Of a stretch of DNA of 64,000 bases, positions 23,347-36,448 are shown piece after piece. The number at the start of each line of letters is the position of its first letter. The stretch's first letter is position 1. Location of the stretch: assembly GCF_000143415.4 (NCBI RefSeq), contig NW_003314290.1, positions 620,001-684,000 of the forward strand, in the 5' to 3' direction. The translations under genes and the position numbers were made by a program. Under the pieces are notes generated by a model. The model ran no database searches, was not told the origin of the DNA, and saw nothing but the letters and a program-made list of their open reading frames with translations. The DNA is from Selaginella moellendorffii. Its lineage: Eukaryota; Plantae; Lycopodiophyta.

Positions 23347-24017
23347 TGTAGTGCATATGATCATGGGATGAAATTTGGATATATTGTCACTGTGGATCCT
23401 TGGAACCTTGGGGGATAAATGGGGATAAAATAGCCACTAAGGGCTCTCTCATCAAGCAATTGCCCCTTTTTTAGTTAGCTTAAGGGGAGAGAGATAAGGT
23501 GCGCTACAGTTGGTATCGGAGCAAATGGCACGGGTTCGATTCCCATTGATTAGTGGCTACCTAAAATATAATATACCCTTGAGCAAGGTATATTCTTACC
23601 CCTAAATTAGAAAATCGTACGTATTGGGCATCCATGCATACGTCCTTCCTCTTGTGGAGCATCCCAAACGAAGGTATCCACCGTGGGACTGCGGTACGGG
23701 TGGATGACTAGTTGCCTCATATGGAATAGCTGGTCTACACAATGGAAGGATTGGTAGATTCAGTGCGGAAATGAAGGTGCTGGTTCCCCTTGGCTTAGTA
23801 GGGGTTATTAGTCAATAGTCAATGAGGACATTGACATCTCTGAAGGGGGGGTGAGTGTAGTGCATGTGATCATGGGATGAGATTTGGATATACTGTCACC
23901 ATGGATCCTTGGAACCTTGGGGGATAAATAGGGATAAAATAGCTACTAAGGGCTCTTTCATCAAGCAATTGCCCCTTTTCCAGTTGGCTTAAGGGGAGAG
24001 AGATAAGGTGCGCTACA
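23347..24017 (+). mobile_element. TRIM (terminal-repeat retrotransposon in miniature), 671 bp
   Basis: 162-bp LTRs 23347-23508 and 23856-24017 (TGTAG...CTACA). PBS TGGTATCGGAGC at 23511; PPT GAAGGGGGGGTGAG at 23842-23855. TSD AATAT at 23342-23346 and 24018-24022. Non-coding interior. Confidence 0.95.
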
Positions 24018-27000
24018 AATATGCAATCAAGAGTCACTACCTTGATGCATATTGGAAATGATGATTTTACAAGTGGTGAGTTATAGGATGGATAGTGGTG
24101 AAGTGTTAAACCATGTTGTCTAAGCTTGCTATTGAAAACTTGGGACGCAATGCTCAATTCTTTTCCAGGGAGCCTTGCTATTGTTCCCTAAGTAGTTTGG
24201 TGTTAGATTAGTTTTGAGTTTGGTCGGAAAGAAAGTAACATGAATTTGTATATGTTGTAAACAAAAGTTAGTAGTGTTAGGTGTTGTAAATCTTTATCAA
24301 TGGAGAGTGGCATTTATATTGCATTTTATCAGATTGAGTTGGCACTTGAGGCAAAGATGTTTGATGCTTAAGCATATTATTGGATCATGAGAATTTGTGT
24401 TGAGGTGAACTTATGTGAAGTTGTTGGTAGGAAGAAGTTGGTTGAGTCTTGAAAGTTTGTATTCCTAGACTGAGAGTCATTCTTTCTCTAGGATAGAAAA
24501 TTTTCCACAAATTTTCTTAGACTTTTCTAATAAATGATTTATTAATCACTTTACTCAAAAACCATTCCGTTTTCGTAAGCTAGTACAAACTAGTGAAGGG
24601 GTTAGAGTTGACTTCAGTTGGCTTAAACCTTAGTAAGTAGTTTGTATAATGCAACCTAAAAGGGATGCTGACTTTTGGGGCTAAAGCAATTGAGTTGGAT
24701 AGAGTCTAGAGTTGATGTAGAAAAGTGGCCGTTATGCTTTTCTAAGAAGGGTGACCCTTATGCCTTTTTTCTGTAGCATTATGCTTGGTCGCAAGTTGCA
24801 CCTTGCATTTCATTAAACTCTATGAGAGTAGTAAACTCTCATTAATCTTGATTTGATCTTGGTGGCCCTGCATCTTGGCTATGATGTCCAACTTAGTTAT
24901 TTGAGGTTGAGATGTTAGTACCTGTACTATAGCTTTGTCTCTAAGGAGGTTGTGTACTGATATAAGTTCATCTCATGGTCTTCACTTTAGTTTCGACTAA
25001 GTGTTGGTTATGCATAGCTAGTCTCTTCAAGACATACTCAGAGCTATTGACTAGATGTATTATTTAATTTATGCTTGTCCATAAACCTTTATCTTATACT
25101 TGGGGTATTATGTTTATGCTAGACAAGTATATGACTCGATGGTATGAGTTTAGTGTTGGGTCTTATGAAGGCAAGTTGAAAAGTGATTATTAGTTGCTTT
25201 GCAACTAGTGATTGCTTGCAGACTTCATCAAGGACTATTTGACACTTGCTTCATTCGATAATGGTTTAGCAATGATGGGTTTGCTTTACCAAATGGTATT
25301 GTGGAGGATTGTGTCATTAGACTTACATGGTTTTTCCATGTTGGCATATCAATTCTACCTTTGTCAATGTCATTTGGTTGTGTTTAGTTCATAGTGTTGG
25401 ATTTCATTAAGTTTTGGATGTGGTGAATCACTCCTTGATGAAATGTTATTTGTAACTAAGTTTTTCTGAAGAATTAGTCTCGGATACTGAGTAAAGTATT
25501 TTCAATTTTGGTTAACTTGGTTGTTAAAGAGCTTTAAGTGGTGATTCACTTTTGCTTTCTTTTAGCTTTATTATAGTGTTAATAGTATTGAAGTATTGCC
25601 TTGTCGTTAACATTTTTTATGTTGAGATTCAAGTGAGATAAGATGTTTCTCCTTAGGATTGACTTTGAGTTTCATTAGTCTCGATGAGGATAGTGTTGAT
25701 GATTTGGCTATGGCTTTGTGTTATTAGTATTCGTGCATTTGCTAATTAACAACTGTATTAACGTTCAAATGAACTGAGTGGCAAGTTGAGTTAATTAAGC
25801 TCTAGATGAGATTGTTTAGTAGGGGTTGAGTTTTGAGCTTTTCCTTGAAAAGTGATTTAGTCGTGAACTGTACTAACTTTACAGGAGGAAGAGGTAGTGA
25901 TCAATATTAGAATGTTTGAATTTTTATTGGGTTTAAGTTGTAATATATTGATCATGGATGATTCTTCTTGTGCTTTTTATAAAGTGAGTTACGTCTTGTT
26001 ATAGATGGATTCATGGAAGATCGGTTTAGTGATCACTTATTGAGCATAGCTTCATTATGCTTAGCTTTAGGATTGATGCAGACATGCTTTTCATTAACTT
26101 TGCATTATGAAGTTTAGCTTATGGATGTGTTAAGGAGGATATTGTGGGTTGTACCATAGTTTCTTCTTTCACATTGAAGTGGGTTTATGCGAGACACGTG
26201 ATCATTATTAGGCAAGACTTAACTATAGGCTTCTTCAAGCTTTTGGTTCTTTGAGTTTTATACTTATTGTTCCATTCATTAAAAGTTGTTGGGAGAAGGC
26301 ATTTTGGCTTATTAGCTTCGATGTTGAAATTGGCTTTTGCATATGGCAATCATTGGTGATAATTGAGCATCATCTAGGATAATTGATTATCTTTGTCAAA
26401 GATTTTGCTTGATTATTATTTGTATAAAATGATTTGCTATTTTTCAGGATAGTAAGTTCTTTCTTTAACGATGATTATGCATCTCTTCATTGATAAGATG
26501 ATTAATGATCTTTTATAATGGTTAGTTGTGTTATTTGATAGCTTTTGGCTTTCGCATTATCATATGTTCTTTGTGGTTTACTCTGGATTGGTATATTGGG
26601 TTTGAAACATCAATAGGATGTTATTGGAACTTGCTTAGACAACTCTAGTTCCTTGGTATTATTAACCGGGATCTATTTAGATTGACTTTTATGATAGTTG
26701 GCATAAATGGGTGTTTGCTGGTCTTACCACATTCATTCTGTTTTGTTGATTGTTACTTGAGTTAGTTCTGATAGATTAGAATGTTATTTCCTTTGGTGAT
26801 ACATTCGTGAGCATCTTGCTTGTCAGTTGATGATACTTTGTGTTCTTTAAGTTATCTTTTGTAAGTTGTTTAGCACCATTTTTTCATTCAGTGGCCCAAG
26901 GCTCTAAACCTTGGGTTCCACACCATTGTCCTATGGACACGTGGTATGTGACACGTGGCATATAAAGGGTTTAGGTTCCGCTTCGTGGTGTTATCTTATG

Positions 27001-27675
27001 ATAAATCACCATAGGATAAAGGGTCAAAACCACGTGTGCTACAACAACATAAAAGATGTGAGCTCCACATTCTCCTTTACGTCATGGAAACTCCTTGCAA
27101 AAGTAACATTTTATAGAACCAAATTGCTCTATAAGTACCTTACCTTATTAAGGTCATATATATAATACACCATGAAATTTTTGCAATTGAATTCTTAAAA
27201 CTAGTTGTAGTCTAGTAGTCCAAGTTAAAGCATTAAAGGAACTACTCCTTTGAACTTTTCTTGCAAAGTAGTCAGCTCTCTAAGCCATATGTTTCACCCA
27301 AATATGCTCATCTTCCCCTCCATGGAATTTTTACAAGGTGGAAGCTCAAAGACCAAATCCTTATCATAGTCTTCAAAAAGTCTACATCAATGCACAAAAG
27401 TTCCTGCAATGATATTTCAAATTAATGTGCTTATAACTTTCATAGGTTTTAGTAACTTAAATATAGATTCATTATCCACATATCCTATGCTTGCATTTTT
27501 TTTTTAGCTTACCATTATTACCAAGGATGCACATCACTCCTTATTTGTTGTTGAAGAAAAAACCTCTCTATTCCAAACTACTGCATCACTTGAACCTACC
27601 ATAAACTCCTATAGTTGAAACTCTGCTTCTACAATTGGATTTAATGCAAAATACATTTTCCCATCCAAAGAACTC

Positions 27676-28722
27676 TGTAGCGCACGTCCTTTATCCTATG
27701 GTGATTTACCATAAGATAACCACAAAGAAGAATCTAAACCGTCTATATGCCATATGTCACATGCCACGTGTCCAAAGGACAATAGAGTGGAAGCTAAGTT
27801 TCAAGGTCTTAAGCCACTAAACGAAGGAATGAAGCCAAACTCTTAAGCATAAAGCCAAAGAGCGAAAGTACTAAAGCACGAAACAATTCTCGAGCATACA
27901 GCCCAAGGAGCAAAGGGATAGGAGCATGGAGTGACTTGGAGTAGTCCCAGAGTATTTAGTATCTTAATGCCAGGACTAGCCAAAACAGAGCTAAACGAAG
28001 TTTAGTATTATTTCAGCATATCGGTGGCCTAATGCGAGAATATGGGTACTCTACTAAGTAGTATGGTATAGAACTTAGGCTTAGACCTAAGCCAAACACA
28101 AAACAAAAACAAACACGCGAGTGAAAGTTAAACTATGCCTCAAGTTAGTTGGCCATGCCCAACCTACTCACTATCCTTACTATACATTTGGAACCCCCTA
28201 TAGCCCGCCCCCCCTAAGGAACACATGCTTTGGGATTTCACCCCAAGCCTCTTTTACTACCAAGAGTTAGTCTCTGAAACAAACTCAAAACTTACTAAAT
28301 ATGGAATGTCTCTAGATTGCAAATTTAGATATGGGACGAACACCATTATGTTCAAGAGAATCTTTACATTCTGTAAATATGCCAAATAAACAAATCTAGA
28401 CACTTTCCATAAATAGTATTTGGGACCAGAATGAGACTAACACAAAAGGCATGATAGCAAGGGTGTTTAGGAAATACAGTAAACTATCATTTAGCAAATA
28501 TTGAGGAACCAAATTCAATATTGTGAGGGTTTTTGATACTAGCAAGTGCAAGCCAATGATACAAGCTTCTCAAACTAAACCGAATATGTTCAACAAGCAA
28601 CATATAGGGTTCTTACTTTATATTTATCCAATTTAAGTGCATGACCATTGACCAGTTTCTCAACTAGCTCAAGTGGCAATTGATAATGGATCCACCAATA
28701 TTAACCTTCTACCATTGTGGCA
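27676..28722 (-). mobile_element. Solo LTR of the 19741 family, inverted orientation
   Basis: Reverse complement of 19741-20450 plus 22330-22673, without the insert; TG...CA ends; no TSD match. Confidence 0.82.
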
Positions 28723-29162
28723 TCACAATAACCCCAAAGTGACCTGTTACATTAAGTTTTTTATAACATTCTAACCTAATCAGAATGAAGCCAAAAAAAC
28801 CATATAAGGATTTTTTCTCTATTAGCGACTTCATTTCTAATAATAACTCTCTCTCTTGATATCTCACAATCTCCATTGCAACATTACTCACTATTGGTTT
28901 TTCAGCCATACCTAAAACAAAGGAAAATCAAAATACATTTTACAAAAAAATTAAATCATTAATAGTAGTAAATTCTTATAACTATAATTTTGTTTCATTT
29001 TCTCGAAAATTGATTTAAGGCTTTAAGGGGGATCTAAGGCTGACATTAGTATTAAAATCAGATTAGGGTTTTTGGCAACTATGGTTTCTAAACCTGTTAA
29101 ATGAGTCATGGTGGCTCTATCAAAAAAGTTCTTCGTTCTGTTCATTCGAAATAAAGCATGCC

Positions 29163-30765
29163 ATGGAAAGCGAAGGAAAGATGATCGCTTGCTACGGTAA
29201 CGGTCTTCCATTTCTGTTTTGACCCTTAACACTCTTCTTTCCTTTCCAGCTGGGAAGCCGATGGTCATCGAGAGATCCAGGTTGCGCTGCCGGGATCGAC
29301 CGAAGTTCGTCTTAAAATCGTCCACACCTCTCTGTGCCGCACAGACATCACCCTCTGGAAGAATGTAAGCTAAGTTTCCTTTTCTCCTCCTTTTTTTCTT
29401 GTCTTGATCTTGCCTCTTCTCAGGCAGGGCAACATATTCCCTCGCATTTTCGGTCCCGAAGCAGCTGGGTGAGTCTACTCTGTCGAAACTCTCGAGATTT
29501 CCTGGAACTTGGAGGGTTTTTTTTGGTCTAGAATCGTTGAGAGCACAGGCAACGATGTGAAGGGTGTTCAACCAGGAGATCACGCACTCACTCTGTTCAC
29601 GGGAGAGTGCAAAGAGTGTGACTACTGCAAATCCGGAAAGACCAACGTTTGCCAAAAGTATGGAATCGATCCGGAGAGAGGGGTGATGGTGAGCGACGGT
29701 AAGAGCAGATTTCTTACAGAGGATGGCAAGACCATATACCACTTTTTTGGGAACTTCAACCTTTAGTCAGTACACTGTTGTGGATCAAGCTTGCATTGTG
29801 TTGTAAATAAGGATGCTCCTCTCGAGAAGATTTGTCTGCTCAGCTGTGGTGTCACTACAGGTATCTCTTGGAAGTTTTAGCTTTTGTTTCTTAGATTTTT
29901 ATTTTATTTTTTTCTTTCAGGAGTTGGTGCTGCGACAAAAGCTGCGAAAGTGGAGAGGATCCACAGTAGCAATCTTTGTTCTCGGAACTATTGGATTTGC
30001 TGTAAGTGAATGGTCATTTTCCAGGCCTTCTTTTGCTTTGGTTTTCAAACGAGTCATGGTTTTCTCGTGGATTATTGGCATAGATATAAATCCTTCAAAG
30101 CTGGAAGAAGGTATTGCAGATTTTTCACCTTGCTATATAGGAAAGGCGAAGTTTGGCTTGACGGATGTGATCAATCCAAAAGACCATGACAAACCAGTGC
30201 AAGAGGTAATTTGCGTTAACCTATATGTCTTTCTCGCTACAAAAAGCTCATCAAAACTTTTAAGGTGATTCGAGAAATGACTAATGGAGGAGCTGATTAC
30301 ACCATCGAGTGCGTTGGAAATGTGAATATCATTCATGATGCTGTGGAGAGCGGTCATGAGGTGAATTTGCAGAGATGTTAGTAAATCCTACGTAGATTTC
30401 TATTGTTTTTGTCTATAACAGGGCTGGGGAGTCACTGTTGCGGCGGGTTTAGACGAAAGCACCAAAGTCCTGACCGTGAGTCCCAAAAATTTCCTCTTTG
30501 GCCGCTGGCTCACGGGAACTTGGTTTGGGGCTACAAAGGAAGGTCGGAGCTCAATCAACTAGTGGAAAAGTACATGAACAAGGTAACATTTGATCGTTTA
30601 TATGGTTTACATGGTTTGGGCTGATTATTCATTTGATCGATCTAGGAGCTAAACCTCGATGACTTTATTACACACAAGCCTCCATTGGCCAAAGTTAACG
30701 ACGCTGTGACTCTGATGGAGGAAGGGAAGTGTTTGAGATGCGTGCTCGACGCAAATGCCGTGTGA
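29163..30765 (+). pseudogene. ADH: Zn-dependent alcohol dehydrogenase pseudogene
   Basis: Exon structure parallels 57163-58987. GHE motif changed to GPE, frameshifts at ~29272 and ~29745, missing segments; ends EGKCLRCVLDANAV*. Confidence 0.85.
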
Positions 30766-30888
30766 AAAATCTTTGTATTTGACTGTGGCCTATGTGGCTG
30801 CCACGTTGGCAATGCGTCATACGTGGCAAAACCCAAAACCCTTTGCCCTAATAATTGGGGGAATGGGGCTTAGGGCTAGCCGTGGGCT

Positions 30889-33529
30889 ATGGTGTGGAAG
30901 AGGACGGGGGCGCCTCTATCTAGTCTCTCTGCACTAGGCCGCCCATCGTCCACCGCAGCGCCCACGCTCAAGGTACGCTCCACGCCATTCGCTTTCGCTA
31001 GCTCCAATTTGCGCCTTCTTTCCAAGCCAGGATCTCGCAGTTGCCATGGCGTCGCGGCTCCGACCGGCGATCCGTCGCTAGGGCTCTTGGAATGTAGCGT
31101 TGGGGAAGAATCGTCTATCTTGGAAGAGGGTTTGGCGGCGAATCCCGCAGCAATGTGGCAGCAGCAGCAGCAACAGCAATCCGAGTGGAGGAATGCGAAT
31201 CATCCATTCTGGCAGCAGTACCAGCGGCAGCAGCAGTACCAGCAGCAGCAGCAGCAGTGGAGGAATCAAAACCAGAGCTGGCACGATTTTCCTCGCGAGT
31301 TTCCACAGGCGCCGCTAAACAGCCCCCGATACATTGGCGATGGAACGCGCAGGACTTCTCAAGGGCCTGGAACTGGAGCAAGGGCGGCCTTTCAACCCAA
31401 CAGGTCGTGGAACCAAAGAGACAATAGGAATTGGCAAGGTGGGAGGTTTGTGAGGCAGGATGATACTCGACGCTGGCTCCATTCTAAAGCTCAACCAAGC
31501 TCCTTTCGAGGTAATTCTTTCGTTGTTCTTTCTCTCCCTTTCTTTTCTCATTTTTTTGGATCTTTTTCCTTCCAGAAAGGTTCATGTTTCTCTCGTACAA
31601 CATTCTAGCCGCCGACAATGCTCGGGAGCATTATCGTGAGCTCTACTATCACATCCCAATGCGCTATGTGAAATGGGACTGGAGAAAAGTGCGCTTGGTG
31701 CAAGAAATCGAGTACTGGTCACCGGACATTCTTTGTTTACAGGTACTGTTAAAAAAGCTTTGTTTTGTTTTTTTGCTTGTAGCATGTTTATACTGATGAT
31801 GTTTTCAGGAGGTCGATCGCTTTGCAGATTTGCAAGGCGAGCTAGTGAAGAGAGGATATGCCGGGACGTTCAAGGTTACTGGATGTTATTTCCCCTTCTT
31901 TTGTACCGAAACCATTGTTTTTACAGCGTCGAACTGGCACTGCCACGGACGGGTGTGCGATCTTTTGGAGAGAGAAAAGGTTCGCAATTTCGCATTTCTT
32001 CGTCGTCAAGAGTTACGAGCTGCAATCAGGTTCCTACTACTGGAAGAGGAAAGCATCGATTTCAAGGACTATGGTTTACGGGACAACATAGGACAGATAT
32101 GTGTTTTGCGGGTATGAATCTCCTGTTCATTTTGTCCTAGAGGAGGATTGACGACTTGTTATTTAGAGTACAAGAGAAGCAGCCCTCGAGGGAGATGTAT
32201 CTAGCATAGAAAATCAGGTTTTGGTTGTGGCAAATACTCATATTCTTTTCAATCCAAAACGTGGGGACATTAAACTTGGCCAGGCAAGATTTGATTTTGG
32301 TTTTCTTCTTGACTCGTTCCTTTTTCCAGGTGCGAACGCTTCTTAATACAGCTCAGGAGTTGTCTTCGAGCTGGGGTGGCGCGCAAGTTATTGTGGCCGG
32401 GGACTTCAATAGTACACCATCGGTGAGTACACAATCAAAAGCTTACCTGGTTTTATCGCTCATTTCTTTTCTTCCAGAGCCCACTCTATCGCTACATCTC
32501 CACAGCAGAGGTATTCATTCAACGTTTTCCAAGTGAATCTTAAAAGCTCGTCTGCAGCTTGATGTTTCTTCCCTAGATAGGCGATCAATCTCCGGACAGA
32601 TAGCTGATGGAGAAGGTGGCTATTATCGGAATCCTTTCTCGAAACCATGGATCAGAGGCCACAATCCTTCCTCAGCTGGATTTTCCAGGATCAATGTGGA
32701 AACCACGTCAGTACGTAACGAAGATGGCATGACCATAGAAGAAGTTGCCACTTTGGGGATTGCTACAGCAACCGTTGCTGCACAGGAAGAAGAAGACGAG
32801 GCGAACGCTGAAAAACTACCGGCGAGTAGCTCCAGTGAGCCCATGGTTATCAAGACAGTGACGGACAATTTAGTTGTCCAGAAGAGCTTTGAAGCTGCGG
32901 AGGAAGAAGTTCTCAAAACATCCAGCAAGGAGGTCCACTTTGAAGAGCCTTGGGACACTGAAGAGGGAACTCCAACACAAGAAAAAGGGCTGGAGGACGA
33001 TGAAACCAACTCGCCCGACCGTGTGGAGCTACCATCGGGATGGACAGTCGAGGAGCTAGTGAATGCCACGGGCACTTCATCGTCTACCAAGGTGGTCCAC
33101 GACTTAAAGCTGAGCAGTGCCTATTCGGAGATCGAGGTAAGAAAGTCGAAGTTCTTTCCTTTCGTTTCTCGCTCGCAACTTACTAGATCTTGTGACAGGG
33201 AAAGGCTGGAAGCAGGGACTCGCAAGGGGAGCCTCTAGCGACGACTTACCATAAGAAGTTTAAGGGGACTGTGGATTACATCTGGTATGGCCACTGTTCC
33301 AAAAATATATACTTTTGTAATGTTCTCTTTGCTCCAGGCACACCGAACGACTCCGGCCTTTGAGAGTCGTAGACATGCTTTCTGTGGATGTTCTTCGTCA
33401 TACGGGAGGCCTTCCTTCCCAGGTAAAAAACTTTAGCTGGAACTTTCATAGCTTCATTGCTAACTTCTTCTGAATCAGAAATGGGGGAGTGACCACTTAG
33501 CGTTAGTTTGTGAGATGGAATTTTCCTGA
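30889..33529 (+). CDS. CCR4: CCR4/Angel-family EEP deadenylase-like protein (multi-exon; start uncertain)
   Basis: Motifs LSYNILA, PDILCLQEVD, NTHILFNPKRGDIKLGQ, GDFNSTP, TTYHKKFKGTVDYIW and KWGSDHLAL. Confidence 0.9.
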
Positions 33530-33688
33530 CCAAAGCATAAATGCCAAGCAAAGAAAAAAATCGTTATCAGTGATGTTGAAGAGAAGTTATTTTTCTCCAG
33601 AAAGGTACACGGCAATTAGAGAGAAGTTCTCAGTTATTTCAATCTCTAGAGTTATCAAAACTGCACTGGTAATTCAATCCATCGTCGC

Positions 33689-35115
<1,427 letters not shown>

Positions 35116-35343
35116 AGCTTCGATCGATCGATCGCTCGCTCGCTCGCTCTTCCACAAAACAAGTGAAGAAACCTAGAGATTTAGCCAGGTATATTCTAGA
35201 CGTACGGCTAATCCCCGCCGTGCATAAAGCATATTCTTTAATCAGTTTATTCTGCTAAATCTTTAAACACTGTATATTCTGTTTGTTAGGATATTCTGCT
35301 AAATTTGAAACCCGCCAATTTTGGGCTTTTAGGGTTCCGCCCA

Positions 35344-36255
35344 ATGCCGCGAAAAATCGTTTGAGGCGGTGCTGCATCGGGCGCTCGAGGCAGTGGAGCG
35401 CAAGGCGGATCACGACGCGACCTTGGGAGGCATGGAACAAGCGCGAAGAGAGCACCGTGGGTAAGGGCTGGAGCATAGAGAAATTCCTGGTCTACCGCGA
35501 GTGATGGAAGCTAGCGGGGTGTCGTGAGATCGTGGTGGAGCGCAAGCACCAATCTTTCGTCGCAGCGTACGTGAACAGGCGGATGCAGCGACCAGCGCCG
35601 TGGTGTGGACGGTGCAGCGTAAGCGATTCGCCTATCCTCCTGGAAGCATCAAGTACGTGACCGTCCAAGCCCACCATGAGAGTCTCTACCAGCTTGAGCC
35701 CGACGGTGGAAACTACTTGAATCTCAATCACTTGCCGCAAAGCGGATCGAGTTCTACAGCATCTTCCTCGGGAGCTCAGGAGTGATTGTGTTCCACTGCA
35801 TTGTCCAGACTCGCCCATGCCCGCGATTCATCCTCGATGTTGGGCAGTGCCAGACGCTGCCCGAGCTCCTCTCCTACAAGGACGCCTACTTCCATAGCCC
35901 CGGCTCCAAGGTCCTGGCGCTCAAGTGCTACCTCAAGTCGCAGATGAGGCAGCTGGTTGCGGTGGTTTTGGAGCGAGATGAAGGCGATGGTAGCAGCGTC
36001 ACTGCCAGGACTGCCATCTCGTTTGGGGAGGAGGCGCTGAATCCCGCGACTGTGGGGTGGCTGGAAGAGCAAGGGATTGAGCTGGGCGGGGTCGGGCATG
36101 GATAGAGAGGGCATCCCAAGCTACCAGATTAGGTTGATACCACCAAGGTGCTCGAGAGTGCTGGTGACGATGCCAACGCCATTTGGAATCACTGTGGTGA
36201 CTACTTCACATTTGATCTTTACGCCATCAAATTTGAATTCCGTACTACTAGATGA
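35344..36255 (+). pseudogene. Frameshifted copy of the Uma2/REase-fold family
   Basis: Homologous to 42436-43326 (RPCPRFILDVGQCQTLPELLSYKDAYF...AISFGEEAL), with several frameshifts starting at MPRKIV*. Confidence 0.8.
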
Positions 36256-36448
36256 AGTTACATTCAGTGCTTTTACTTGTATATCTTCTTTGTTTTCAGA
36301 GTGAAGTTCAAAACGTCAACGAAAAGTCAATAAAGTCATGTAAAGAATGCAGTCAGTCTGGCTACCATTGACTACATTTGACTTTTTCAAACATAGAGGA
36401 AGATCCTGCTAGAAACATTAAAAATCCCGCGGGAAAAGAGTACTAACG

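Larger units (their letters stand above)
19741..27043 (+). mobile_element. Degenerate Gypsy element: 5' LTR 19741-22673 (interrupted), PBS 22676-22686, decayed internal region, truncated LTR 26873-27043
   Basis: TG start, ...GCTACA end, then TGGTATCAGAG PBS. The LTR is ~1.05 kb once the insert is removed and matches 27676-28722 in reverse. The internal part is homologous to 2230-2560. No TSD recovered. Confidence 0.8.
8891..28980 (-). mobile_element. Probable decayed CACTA (En/Spm) DNA transposon hosting nested retroelements
   Basis: Begins CACTAAAGAA at 8891, followed by AT-rich sequence with repeated TAGTAG(T/C)AA motifs. The AT-rich segments between nested elements (9320-9905, 17631-19740, 27050-27670) give weak transposase-like traces on the minus strand. 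Right terminus not found. Confidence 0.35.
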
